A stretch of DNA of 64,000 nt from Winogradskyella sp. UBA3174 (GTDB taxonomy: Bacteria > Bacteroidota > Bacteroidia > Flavobacteriales > Flavobacteriaceae), in NCBI RefSeq assembly GCF_002364335.1, contig NZ_DEXW01000077.1, positions 42,281-106,280 on the forward strand, in the 5' to 3' direction. Under the pieces are notes generated by a model. That model was not told the origin of the DNA. It ran no database searches and was given only the letters and a program-made list of their open reading frames with translations. The position numbers and the translations under genes are program-made. Positions 29,904 to 40,121 of this stretch are shown piece after piece; position 1 is the stretch's first letter; every line of letters begins with the position of its first letter.

Positions 29904-31709
29904 ATGTGCGGTATATACTTAACAAATATTGTTTTTGAAGAAAGTGTAGTAAAAGAAAAACTGGATTCAATTTCGTTTAGAGGACCTGACTATACAGGTA
30001 TAGAGAAAGTTAATAATCTAACTTTTGGTCATCTTCGTTTATCTATTTTAGATTTAGACCCACGTTCTAATCAACCCATGCAGTATGAAAATCTAACAAT
30101 AGTTTTTAATGGTGAAATATATAATTATAAGGCTATAAAACAAGAACTTTCAGACTTAGGTCATAATTTCAAAACCGAAAGTGACACCGAAGTACTTTTA
30201 TTAGGTTACAAACAATGGGGCAAATCTATTCTAGATAAAATTAATGGCATGTTTGCCTTTAGCATATATAATGCTACAACAAATACATTATTTTCTGCTA
30301 GAGACCGATTAGGTGTAAAACCATTTTATTATTACTGGAATGACAACGAACTAGAGATTTGCAGTCAAATAAGACCACTGCTAAAGAATAAGAAGATAAA
30401 CGAAGATGCCATATCTATGTTTTTAGACTGCATGTTTATTCCTAGCCCTTACACAATAGCACAACATATTTATAAGCTACCACCAGGAAACTATATGGAA
30501 CTAGATTTTAATACTAATGAATTAATAATTCAGGAATATTGGAATTTAAAGGAAGTGAAAATACAAGACATTTCATATGAGGACGCAAAAAAAGAGTTGC
30601 ATGCATTACTAATTGATGCCGTTAAGATTAGGCTGCAATCCGACGTCCCTATAGGATCCTTTCTATCTGGAGGAATAGATTCTGCTTTGGTATCGAGCAT
30701 TGCAGCAAAAGTATCACCTACCCAGATTAATACGTTTTCAATTGGTTTTGATGACCCAAAGTTTGATGAAAGTAAAATCGCAGAAAAATATGCCGAAATA
30801 ATTGATTCCAAACACATTACAGCAATTTGCAGTCCTGATGATATCTTAAAATTAATTCCGAAGCTTACAGAAGTATATGATGAACCCTTTGCAGACAGTT
30901 CTGCTTTACCCTCATTATTATTAAACAAAGTAACAAAACAATACGTCACCGTTGCACTTTCTGGTGATGGTGGCGATGAAAGTTTTATAGGGTACCCGTA
31001 TTTTGATTCTTTAATAAAAAACAAGTCTATTATTGATATTCCTTATCCTATTAGAAAATTTCTATCCAAGCCATTATTTTTAAAACTATTTAGATTAAAC
31101 TCACATCGTGTAAGAAATGCTTTAACCACTAAAACTAGAAATGACTTTATTGAGAATATTTTTTCTAGGAAAGGGTTGCTCCTAAAAAAGGGAAATCATA
31201 GTTGGATGAAGCACTATCAAGGTTACAAAAAATGGTCAAACATTTTCCTTCAGAAAGCTGCTGACCTTAATATAAAACTTTGGCTAGAAAACGACAGTAA
31301 TGTAAAAGTTGATAGAGCAAGTATGGCTTATTCTGTTGAAGTTAGAAGTCCATTTTTAGATTATAGAGTCATAGAATACGCTAGAACACTACCAATGCAT
31401 TTTAGGTATGAAAAAGGAAGACAGAAAAAAATATTAAGAGATATATTAAAAGAATATATACCCGAAGAAGTGTTTAATCAACCAAAAAGAGGTTTTGCAG
31501 TTCCTATTGGTAATTGGATGAGAAGTGAATTGAAAGAAGAATTTATGACCGCTCTTAACGACGATTTTTTAAATAAAGTCCCAAACTTAAATGTGGAAAA
31601 ATTTAAAAAAATGTTAGAAGAGCACATGAATAACAAACAAAGTCATACACCAAATATTTGGAAACTATTTGTTTTGAGTAAGTGGTACGAAGAATTTGGA
31701 TTTAATTAG
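29904..31709 (+). CDS. Asparagine synthase (glutamine-hydrolysing) family amidotransferase, copy 1
   Basis: MCGI Ntn nucleophile start and SGGIDSA PP-loop; 601 aa. Glycan-locus context suggests sugar amidation rather than Asn synthesis. Confidence 0.8.
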   Translation: MCGIYLTNIVFEESVVKEKLDSISFRGPDYTGIEKVNNLTFGHLRLSILDLDPRSNQPMQYENLTIVFNGEIYNYKAIKQELSDLGHNFKTESDTEVLLLGYKQWGKSILDKINGMFAFSIYNATTNTLFSARDRLGVKPFYYYWNDNELEICSQIRPLLKNKKINEDAISMFLDCMFIPSPYTIAQHIYKLPPGNYMELDFNTNELIIQEYWNLKEVKIQDISYEDAKKELHALLIDAVKIRLQSDVPIGSFLSGGIDSALVSSIAAKVSPTQINTFSIGFDDPKFDESKIAEKYAEIIDSKHITAICSPDDILKLIPKLTEVYDEPFADSSALPSLLLNKVTKQYVTVALSGDGGDESFIGYPYFDSLIKNKSIIDIPYPIRKFLSKPLFLKLFRLNSHRVRNALTTKTRNDFIENIFSRKGLLLKKGNHSWMKHYQGYKKWSNIFLQKAADLNIKLWLENDSNVKVDRASMAYSVEVRSPFLDYRVIEYARTLPMHFRYEKGRQKKILRDILKEYIPEEVFNQPKRGFAVPIGNWMRSELKEEFMTALNDDFLNKVPNLNVEKFKKMLEEHMNNKQSHTPNIWKLFVLSKWYEEFGFN

Positions 31710-31722
31710 AACCTAAGAAAAC

Positions 31723-33024
31723 TTAATCCGTTTTTTGTATTATGTATTTAACATCAAAATTCTTGTTTTTACTAGAGCTATATTTGATGTATTCTATAAA
31801 TTCTGTAAGATTTGGGTTAACTATAGTGATATCTCCTGTAACATTCTTAATACCATTAAGTGTTCCTAGACTCGAGCCTCTTACTGTAAAAAAAGATGAT
31901 TTAGAATTGTACTTTACATACATATTCTCAAAAGAAAACCCACCAATAGGACCAGATGATTTAAAGTAATCTGGAACTTCAAAATAAATAACACTTAAAT
32001 CGTCTCGTTGCTTACAAATGTCTATCGCACTAATGTTTTTAAAAGAAGTGTGATATCCTTTACTTGGTTTTCTTGAGTATAATAAACGCCAATTACTTTC
32101 GTCTATAACAATGTCGCTAAATGATACATTTCCTTTTACAGGAAACTCAGGATGGGAAGAAATGATGATCTCTGCAGCAGGATATCGATTAGACACATCA
32201 TGATTCATACTTAAATAGCAGTCTTTAAAATTTATACTTACAGGTTCAGATTTATCTGTTAAGTTGTCTAAACCAATAACAATACCAGAATGATTATTAT
32301 TTGTGAAAGAGCAATGCTCAAAATTTACGTTAATAATGACATCTGTTTCACTATCTGGCTCTATATCTAAACCCGCTTCTGGTAAAGTACCCTTTGTTTT
32401 GGTGAAAATAGAATTTTTAACCCAAACGTTTTTAGCACTTATTACACTTATACCCTGTCTTTTATTATTGGTTGAAATAACACCATCTATTAATATATTT
32501 TCAGAAAAACGAGTGTCTTTATAGCCATCTATATAAATACCATCGCCACCAGAACTAGAAATTGTTAGGTTCTTTATTTCCACATTACTGCATCCCATGA
32601 GGCTAAGTCCCATGCGCCACTCACCATCTATATATTCACTTTTGTTCATTAATAGCATAGAACCATTACCAATTATTTTAAGGTTTTTACAGTTAATAAA
32701 TTTTAATAAAGCATCACTGGTATTTACATAAGCGCCTGGTTTTGCTTGCAACACAACATCATTTTCAAAAATAATGGTTTTATTTTGTAAGTTTCTCAAC
32801 TTTAATGGAGACACAAACCAATTACTACTTTGCTTATCAACTATAATAGTATCATTATTTCTAATAGCTTCATTAAATCCTTTTTTATTATCATTAGTAT
32901 TAAAACCATATGTTGATAGATTGACACTCTGAGCGTTAAAAAGAAGAGGACATAAAAAAACAATACCAAATAACGTTCTCATTGCTTTTAAAAGTAATAA
33001 ATCAAACAAAAAAAGTTTTTTCAT
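31723..33024 (-). CDS. Secreted right-handed parallel beta-helix repeat protein (candidate glycanase/lyase)
   Basis: PbH1-like repeats (GGDGIYIDG, NNKRQGISVISAKNVWVKNS). A signal peptide follows MRTLFGIVFLCPLLFNAQS. The start is at 33024 or 32982; the track ORF extension to 33132 is unlikely. Confidence 0.65.
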   Translation of the reverse strand: MKKLFLFDLLLLKAMRTLFGIVFLCPLLFNAQSVNLSTYGFNTNDNKKGFNEAIRNNDTIIVDKQSSNWFVSPLKLRNLQNKTIIFENDVVLQAKPGAYVNTSDALLKFINCKNLKIIGNGSMLLMNKSEYIDGEWRMGLSLMGCSNVEIKNLTISSSGGDGIYIDGYKDTRFSENILIDGVISTNNKRQGISVISAKNVWVKNSIFTKTKGTLPEAGLDIEPDSETDVIINVNFEHCSFTNNNHSGIVIGLDNLTDKSEPVSINFKDCYLSMNHDVSNRYPAAEIIISSHPEFPVKGNVSFSDIVIDESNWRLLYSRKPSKGYHTSFKNISAIDICKQRDDLSVIYFEVPDYFKSSGPIGGFSFENMYVKYNSKSSFFTVRGSSLGTLNGIKNVTGDITIVNPNLTEFIEYIKYSSSKNKNFDVKYIIQKTD

Positions 33025-33522
33025 TGAGCACAAAAATTTGCATTTAATCGCATTTATTGATTTTAGACGTAAAATACTGTTTTTTATCAAAAAAAGAGCC
33101 TGATGTAATTTGATTTTTTTGATATTTGTCATTAACCAAATTTACTATAACTATCGAAATTTATGTCCTATGGAATAATAAGAATAATTTAAGCTTTAGT
33201 TAATTAAGCCTATTTTTTTAGATTAACTAAGATTTTTAATTCAGAAAGTGTTTTCAATTTAATTGATTTTTTTACTATATACTGTTCTAAACAAATTTTA
33301 GTGATTCACCTTAAATGAGAACCAATAATTCCCTCTAGACTATTCTGGAACTACAATAATCGATATTGACGTAAATGAGCAGCAATATAAACTGATGTTA
33401 TTTTAACATCTGTTAATGAGCTGTTTGTATTATTAAAAATTAAAATGAATAGATGTTTTACTTTTGAAGTAAAATCTATATTCTTGCAATTAGAATGCAA
33501 TTTTTAAACGAACCAATTATAA

Positions 33523-35085
33523 ATGTCTAGAGTAAAAAAATCATTAAAAAACGCGAAAGTTGGGGTGTTCTTCTTCATTATATCCATTTTCGTTCAGTTT
33601 TTCTCTAGAAAATTATTCTTAGATAACCTTGGTGATGAATTTATAGGTTTAGAGACCACTTTGAGAAGTGTTTTGGGATTTCTTAATTTGGCTGAATTAG
33701 GAATAGGGACAGCCATTGGCTTTACGCTATACAAACCAATTTTTGACGAGAATCATAAAGAAATTAATAAAATAATAGCACTACTTGGAGTACTGTATAG
33801 AAAGATTGGTTACTGTATTATTGGTGTTGCCGTAATAGTATCGCTCTTCTTTCCATTTATATTTGACACATCTGAGACTGGAGAGCTGTCTAACTTTTCG
33901 CTATTATTAATTTACTTCGTTTTTTACACACTTCTATTTTCATCGTTGCTAAGTTATTTTGCAAACTTCCATCAAAGTTTACTAGGTGCTGATCAAAAGG
34001 GGTATATCATTCAAGGTTACTTCCAAACCATAAATATTATTAGAGTCATATTGCAAGCTATTGTTGCTGTTTATTTTAAAGATTTTTATTTATATATCAT
34101 ACTAGAGCTTATATTTAGTATAATTTATAGTGTTTTTGTTCGAAAAAAAATAAAACAAGAATACCCGTGGTTAATTATTAACTCCTCTGAAAAGGCTAAA
34201 ATAATTAAGGAATACCCAGATATCATTAAAAAGATAAAGCAAGTCTTTGTGCATAAAATGAGTTCTTTTGTTAAAAATGGCACAGATAACATATTAGTAG
34301 CTGCATTAGTCAGCATAGAGAGTGTTGCCTTTTTTGGAAATTACCAACTTATATTCACAAAACTGGGTGGTTTAGTGAAAATGGCTTTTGCAGGTACAGG
34401 ATCTGCTGTAGGTAATTTAATTGCAGAAGATAATGCTGAAAACATTAAAAAAATCTTTTGGGAATTGATGGCTGTTCAGTTCTTTATTGCTGGATTTTTT
34501 AGTCTAATTATGTATTTTACCATGGAACCACTTATCATATTCTGGATAGGCGCAAAATATATATTAGCAAAAACCACTTTAATATTACTGATAGCCAACT
34601 TCTTTATTTTTCAAATTGCATCACCTGTAGAACGTTTTAAGAATGCCTACGGACTTTATCAAGATACTTGGGCAGCGGCAGCCGAAGCTATAATAAATCT
34701 TACCATTTCATTAATTTTTGGAAGCATTTGGGGAATTGATGGTATTATATTGGGTACGCTGGTTAGCCTAATTCTTATTGTAGTAATTTGGAAACCTTAT
34801 TTCTTATATAAACATGGATTTAAAAAAAGCGTTTGGATATATTGGAAAGGTATTTTACCAGTAACTATAGTCTTTTCTTTAGCGGCATTGTTAGTTAATT
34901 TTACTGCTAATTATGTTACTTATGATAGAGAGACATCCGGTATAATTAATTGGATTTTATACGCTACAATAATTACAGCTATCGTCACAGTAATTTACGG
35001 TACACTCTTATTTATCTTTGTAGATGGGTTTAGAGTCTTTGTTTTTAGAATGAGAGATTTATTGACTAAGAAATTATTTAAATAA
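33523..35085 (+). CDS. wzx: Wzx-type polysaccharide flippase (MOP superfamily)
   Basis: 520 aa with about 12-14 TM helices. First gene of a co-directional glycan operon. Confidence 0.7.
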   Translation: MSRVKKSLKNAKVGVFFFIISIFVQFFSRKLFLDNLGDEFIGLETTLRSVLGFLNLAELGIGTAIGFTLYKPIFDENHKEINKIIALLGVLYRKIGYCIIGVAVIVSLFFPFIFDTSETGELSNFSLLLIYFVFYTLLFSSLLSYFANFHQSLLGADQKGYIIQGYFQTINIIRVILQAIVAVYFKDFYLYIILELIFSIIYSVFVRKKIKQEYPWLIINSSEKAKIIKEYPDIIKKIKQVFVHKMSSFVKNGTDNILVAALVSIESVAFFGNYQLIFTKLGGLVKMAFAGTGSAVGNLIAEDNAENIKKIFWELMAVQFFIAGFFSLIMYFTMEPLIIFWIGAKYILAKTTLILLIANFFIFQIASPVERFKNAYGLYQDTWAAAAEAIINLTISLIFGSIWGIDGIILGTLVSLILIVVIWKPYFLYKHGFKKSVWIYWKGILPVTIVFSLAALLVNFTANYVTYDRETSGIINWILYATIITAIVTVIYGTLLFIFVDGFRVFVFRMRDLLTKKLFK

Positions 35086-35103
35086 AAAGTAATTCACTTA
35101 AAA

Positions 35104-36204
35104 TTGGAAAACACAAAAAACAAAATAGGATTTGTAATTGGTAAACTTTCTTCTGGTGGTGCAGAACGTGTAATATCTACGCTTAGTAACGAACTTATTG
35201 AAAGATTTGATGTCACTATAATTACATTTACTGAGTCAGCACCTTTTTATGCTTTAGATGAAAGAATCAAAGTTATTTCTTGTCAGAATTTAGTAGAACA
35301 ACCAAGTTCAATTTTTGATTCGCTAAAACTAAATTATATTTTAGTAAAGCGTATTTCTGAAATTACTAAAAAAGAGGGAATCAACATACTTATTGGCTTT
35401 ATAACATCTGCAAACATACTAACTACGATTGCTGCAAAGCTAAATCGCCTACCATGTATTATAAGTGAACGAAATAATCCATTAGTAGAAGAAGTCCCAA
35501 AGTTGTGGGTTTTACTTAGGAGATTTGTTTATCCTTTAGCTAATAGCTTGGTCTTGCAAACCAAAGGGGTGAAAAAGATTTATGAGAAAAAAATAAGACC
35601 TCACAAAATTACTATATTGCCAAACCCTATAGCGTCAGAATTATCGCAACTAAGGACTAATCAAACAAAATACAAAAAGATTATTTTAACGGTGGGTAGA
35701 CTAGATAAAAATAAATGTCACGATGAGTTAATAACAGCTTTTAATACTATTAAGCCAGAAGGATGGAAAGTTAAAATAATTGGTGAAGGTGCTAAGAAAC
35801 AAGATTTAAAAACGCTCATAGAAAGTTATAATTTAGATCATAAAATTGAAATTATCTCAAAGGTTAAAGACATACATAAATATTATAATGAGGCTTCAAT
35901 TTTTGTTTTCACCTCTAAAACAGAGGGGTTTCCTAACGCTCTATTAGAAGCTATGCATTATGGATTGCCCTGTATTTCTACAGATTGTAATTTTGGGCCA
36001 TCAGATTTAATAGACAATGGTGTCAATGGCTTTTTAATTCCGGTTAACGACCAGTCTGAATTAACTGATAAATTATCACATTTAATAAAAGATAAAAAAT
36101 TACAAAATAAATTTTCAGTAAAAGCTAAAGAAACCACTGAAAACTATATTAGCGACAAAGTTGTCGCGCAATGGGAATCATTAATAAATGCACACATCAA
36201 ATAA
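35104..36204 (+). CDS. Glycosyltransferase family 4
   Basis: SSGGAERV N-terminal motif and a C-terminal EGFPNALLEAM (EX7E-type) motif. TTG start. Confidence 0.8.
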   Translation: MENTKNKIGFVIGKLSSGGAERVISTLSNELIERFDVTIITFTESAPFYALDERIKVISCQNLVEQPSSIFDSLKLNYILVKRISEITKKEGINILIGFITSANILTTIAAKLNRLPCIISERNNPLVEEVPKLWVLLRRFVYPLANSLVLQTKGVKKIYEKKIRPHKITILPNPIASELSQLRTNQTKYKKIILTVGRLDKNKCHDELITAFNTIKPEGWKVKIIGEGAKKQDLKTLIESYNLDHKIEIISKVKDIHKYYNEASIFVFTSKTEGFPNALLEAMHYGLPCISTDCNFGPSDLIDNGVNGFLIPVNDQSELTDKLSHLIKDKKLQNKFSVKAKETTENYISDKVVAQWESLINAHIK

Positions 36205-36257
36205 CTAATAAACTAAAATTAAATAGATTTAGCTACAATAGTTAACTCAACAAACAA

Positions 36258-37376
36258 ATGAGAATTTTAAAATACATAAGTTTAGCATTGGTTTTATTCA
36301 ATTTACCTTCATTTGGTCTAATGGCTTTTGGTGGTGGTGTTGGAACAGCACTTAGTTATGGTACAATCTTTATTTTGTTTATTTATTATGCATTAGAAAA
36401 AAAGACAACACCAAATTGGTGGATTATTATCATTGCAATCTTATACTTTACTATTTCTAGTCTTCAATTCTATGGTCCGCCAACGGTTTTTATGATAGAG
36501 CTTGTTAAGTACTTTCTTTTTGTTATTTGTGGCTACGAAATGACAAAGCATGTTAGTAACACTGAATTATTTGTTTTTCTATTAATAGGGGCATTAAGTG
36601 TCGGTATAGAAGCTTTATTATTTACTAGTGATTTCGGTCGTTATGCTGGTTTCTATCTAAATGCAAACGTTGCAGGCTTTATTTGTATTTATGGCTATTC
36701 TGTAATATTCGGAATAAAGAATGACACCTTAAAATTATTAGGCCAATTTGTATTTACCTTAATGGGTTTATTGACATTCTCACGAACATTTATAGTTATT
36801 TGGTTGTTAATTAATATTATATCATTAAAAGTCAGTATTAAAAATATAAGAATATTTGGTATTGGATTTTTAATCTTTGCAACATTGTTATTCATTGACC
36901 AAGTTGTTGGTCTTAATAATCCTCGTTTTGATCAATTAAAGAGCATTGCTAACAATGAAGAGGTTTCTAGCCAAGAAATCAGCGAAGATTCTAGAACAGA
37001 AACTTGGGCATTATTTTACGATCAAATCTTTGAAGCACCACTCATAGGCAGTGGTTATGGTACTTTTTCTGGAAAACTAAATGAAATGGGTGTTCACAAC
37101 ACATATTTAATGATAATTGGAGAAGCTGGCATATTACCATTTCTTTTGTTTTTAATGTATATAAGTTATCTCTTTTTTAAGAGCTATACCTTTTTTAAAG
37201 AAGCACCATATCTTATTATGATGAATATTTCCCTCTCAGTTTTTTTACTGGCAAATCATAATTTTTTTACATTTTATTACATGACCTTCTCTGCAATGTG
37301 GATACAATACGCAATAGCTAAGTTGGATAAGGAAAAGGAAAACCAAATCAATGACAAGAAAATTTTAGAAGTATGA
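36258..37376 (+). CDS. wzy: O-antigen polymerase/ligase-like membrane protein (Wzy candidate)
   Basis: 372 aa with about 10 TM helices and one larger loop. It is positioned between GT genes. Confidence 0.6.
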   Translation: MRILKYISLALVLFNLPSFGLMAFGGGVGTALSYGTIFILFIYYALEKKTTPNWWIIIIAILYFTISSLQFYGPPTVFMIELVKYFLFVICGYEMTKHVSNTELFVFLLIGALSVGIEALLFTSDFGRYAGFYLNANVAGFICIYGYSVIFGIKNDTLKLLGQFVFTLMGLLTFSRTFIVIWLLINIISLKVSIKNIRIFGIGFLIFATLLFIDQVVGLNNPRFDQLKSIANNEEVSSQEISEDSRTETWALFYDQIFEAPLIGSGYGTFSGKLNEMGVHNTYLMIIGEAGILPFLLFLMYISYLFFKSYTFFKEAPYLIMMNISLSVFLLANHNFFTFYYMTFSAMWIQYAIAKLDKEKENQINDKKILEV

Positions 37377-37954
37377 TAAGTTCTAAAGAAGATTATATTA
37401 AATATCTAAACCAAGATAAAAAAGCACTTGGTGTAAAGTCTAAAAGCTTAGAGGATAAGTTAGTTCGTTATATCTCACCTAATCCTATTTGGACGTTCCA
37501 GAAAAGAATGCGAAAACTAGAGTTTTACAATAATTGCAAAAATAAAGGCATCTTTAAACTCTATGTGTTTTACTTAAAATATAGATTTAAGAAAATATCA
37601 ATAAAATTAGGCTTTTCAATACCAATAAATGTTTTTGGGCCAGGTCTATCTATTGTACATTATGGAACTATAGTTATTAATAGCCGTACTAAGGTTGGCA
37701 GTAATTGTAGAATGCATGCTTGTGTAAATATTGGTGCTTCAGGCGGAAAAAAAGAAGCTCCACAAATTGGAGATAATGTATATATTGCACCAGGTGCCAA
37801 AATTTATGGAGATATTACAATTGCTAATAATATAGCCATTGGTGCAAATGCTGTTGTTAATAAATCCTTTAATGAAGAACACATAGTCCTGGGAGGTATT
37901 CCAGCAAAACCTATTGGTGAGGTTAACATTAAGAAAATAATAAAACATATCTAA
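37373..37954 (+). CDS. Hexapeptide-repeat O-acetyltransferase (serine acetyltransferase-like)
   Basis: Left-handed beta-helix repeats IGDNVYIAPGAKIYGDITIANNIAIGANAVV. ATGA overlap with the upstream gene. Confidence 0.75.
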   Translation: MISSKEDYIKYLNQDKKALGVKSKSLEDKLVRYISPNPIWTFQKRMRKLEFYNNCKNKGIFKLYVFYLKYRFKKISIKLGFSIPINVFGPGLSIVHYGTIVINSRTKVGSNCRMHACVNIGASGGKKEAPQIGDNVYIAPGAKIYGDITIANNIAIGANAVVNKSFNEEHIVLGGIPAKPIGEVNIKKIIKHI

Positions 37955-37982
37955 ACAGATAAATACGTAATGTAATATTGCA

Positions 37983-38933
37983 ATGACGAATTTAAGAAAA
38001 CAAAAAATAAGGAAAAAATTATCTGATGTCTACAGGAAATCAGATATTGGATATTACCTACTTAGACCTTTTTTTAAAATTTATGTACAGGTGCTAAAGT
38101 TAATCCCTGATGAGATTATTGTTAAAAAAAGTTTTAAACAGCATATGGGTTATTCCCTAAATTTAAATAATCCCGAAACATTAAATGAAAAGATTAATTG
38201 GCTTAAACTATACAATAGAAAAGAACTACATACAATTGTAGCAGATAAATATAAAGTTAGAGCATACATTGAAAAAAAGATTGGAAATCAATATTTAATA
38301 CCTCTACTCTATCACACAAAGAATTATCGAGATATTAAACCTGAAAATTTACCTGATACAAAATTTATTATTAAAACAAATCATGATAGTTCAGGTGGTC
38401 TCATTGTAAGAGATAAATCCCAAATTAATTGGGGAAAAGCCCGTAATAGATTTAAAAGACTACTTAAGGAAAATCATTATTATAGCACAAGAGAATGGCA
38501 GTATAAGAATATTTCACCTATGCTTATAGTTGAAAAGCTTTTGTTACATGAAAATGGTAGTATTCCTGAAGATTATAAATTTCATTGCTTTAATGGAAAA
38601 TTTGGATTTGTTGGGGTTGATTTAGATCGTGAATCTAATAACCGAACAAGAAATTTATATGATTCTCAATGGAACTTACTTCCATGTAATTGGGGAAGAC
38701 CTAATGGTAGGAAACTTGAAAAACCAACAAATTATGAAGAAATGATCAGGCTAGCAGAAACAATTGCACAAGATTTCATTTATGTCAGAGTTGATTTCTA
38801 TTCTATTAGGGGTTGTACATTTTTTGGAGAAATAACATTACATCACTCCTCTGGGCTAAAGGAATTTCTCCAAAAAGAATGCGATTACAAGCTCGGTAAG
38901 TTACTAAAATTAGATATAAATAATGAAAAATAA
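37983..38933 (+). CDS. TupA-like ATP-grasp family protein, paralog 1
   Basis: LNEKINWLKLYNRK, IIKTNHDSSGG, DYKFHCFNGK and RVDFY blocks, which I recognise as the TupA-like ATP-grasp family pattern. Confidence 0.65.
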   Translation: MTNLRKQKIRKKLSDVYRKSDIGYYLLRPFFKIYVQVLKLIPDEIIVKKSFKQHMGYSLNLNNPETLNEKINWLKLYNRKELHTIVADKYKVRAYIEKKIGNQYLIPLLYHTKNYRDIKPENLPDTKFIIKTNHDSSGGLIVRDKSQINWGKARNRFKRLLKENHYYSTREWQYKNISPMLIVEKLLLHENGSIPEDYKFHCFNGKFGFVGVDLDRESNNRTRNLYDSQWNLLPCNWGRPNGRKLEKPTNYEEMIRLAETIAQDFIYVRVDFYSIRGCTFFGEITLHHSSGLKEFLQKECDYKLGKLLKLDINNEK

Positions 38934-40014
38934 AGTAAAAGTGTTTTTTATAATACCTACGCTTTTTGCGGGAGGTGCAGAAAGAGTAATGTCTTTTGTT
39001 TCACAAAACCTAGATAAAGAAAAATTTGACGTAACGTTAATAGTTATTGGTTATGAAAAAGATGGTAAATATGACATATCAGGAATTACAGTTAAGTATT
39101 TAAATAAAAAAAGAGTACTTAACTCATTCTTTTCTTTAAATAAACTACTTAGAGAAGAAAAACCAAAGATAGTTGTAAGTGCTATTTCTCACTTAAACAT
39201 ATTTATGGGGTTTATTTCTGTGTTATTTCCAAAAATTAAATTCATAGGAAGACACACAATTGTCACCATAGCAGATGAAAAATTTAAAACAGAAAACAAA
39301 AAATCGTTCTTAAAAAATATTGAGTATAAAATTAGAAAGCCATTTAGTTTTGGTTACAAATTATTAGACATTATTATATGTCAATCTACAGATATGTATA
39401 ATGATATGAAAGATAAATCTAATGTGCCAGAGCATAAGTTAAAAATTATTAATAATCCAATTACAGACAACTTCAAATTAAAATCTAAAAATACTGAAGG
39501 AGCAGATGTTATTAAATATATAACTGTGGCAAGGATATCAAAAAACAAAGGACACAAAAGAATAATTATGGCCCTTGCTAAACTAAACTTCCCTTATCAA
39601 TATACTATCATTGGTGATGGTGCAGAAAAAAATAATTTATTTAATTTAATAGATGAATTAGATCTCCAAGACAAAGTTATTTATATCCCCTTCACTACTG
39701 AAGTTTCAAAATACCTTTCCAGCAGTGATGTTTATTTAATGGGTTCTTATTCTGAAGGGCTACCTAATAGTCTAATAGAAAGTTGCTCGGTAGGAACACC
39801 TGCAATAGCCTTTAAAGCACCAGGTGGTTTAAATGAAATAATTGAAGAAGGTGTAAATGGATTTTTAGTAAATAGTGAGGCTGAATTTTTAGAAAAACTA
39901 AACGGTTCACAAGAATGGGATCCGATAGAGATAAGAGAGTCCGTTTATAAAAAATATAATAAAGATAAAATTATTGATGATTATGAAAGCATGTTTTTAG
40001 AAATTTTAAACTAA
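38923..40014 (+). CDS. Glycosyltransferase family 4
   Basis: FAGGAERV N-terminal motif and C-terminal SEGLPNSLIES. 11-nt overlap with the upstream gene. Confidence 0.8.
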   Translation: MKNKVKVFFIIPTLFAGGAERVMSFVSQNLDKEKFDVTLIVIGYEKDGKYDISGITVKYLNKKRVLNSFFSLNKLLREEKPKIVVSAISHLNIFMGFISVLFPKIKFIGRHTIVTIADEKFKTENKKSFLKNIEYKIRKPFSFGYKLLDIIICQSTDMYNDMKDKSNVPEHKLKIINNPITDNFKLKSKNTEGADVIKYITVARISKNKGHKRIIMALAKLNFPYQYTIIGDGAEKNNLFNLIDELDLQDKVIYIPFTTEVSKYLSSSDVYLMGSYSEGLPNSLIESCSVGTPAIAFKAPGGLNEIIEEGVNGFLVNSEAEFLEKLNGSQEWDPIEIRESVYKKYNKDKIIDDYESMFLEILN

Positions 40015-40121
40015 ACTACTTAGTTTAAAAAACAAGCCTTAAAAATCAAAAGCTAGTAAAATGTATTTATTTAAAACTAGCTGGTTCAACAAACACTATT
40101 AACAAAGTAAATAAAAGAATA

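Noticed and set aside
32983-33132. Upstream 36-50 codons of the beta-helix ORF (MTNIKKIKLHQALFLIKNS...)
   Set aside because: A good signal peptide begins only at MKKLF or MRTLF. The extension is AT-rich spacer read in frame.
33449-33479. Hairpin (8 bp + 2-nt bulge + 5 bp) about 45 nt upstream of wzx, considered as a leader RNA switch or antitermination site
   Set aside because: The stem is almost entirely A-T with a 3-nt loop. In a spacer this AT-rich such dyads are expected by chance, and I saw no conserved ops/JUMPstart-like motif.
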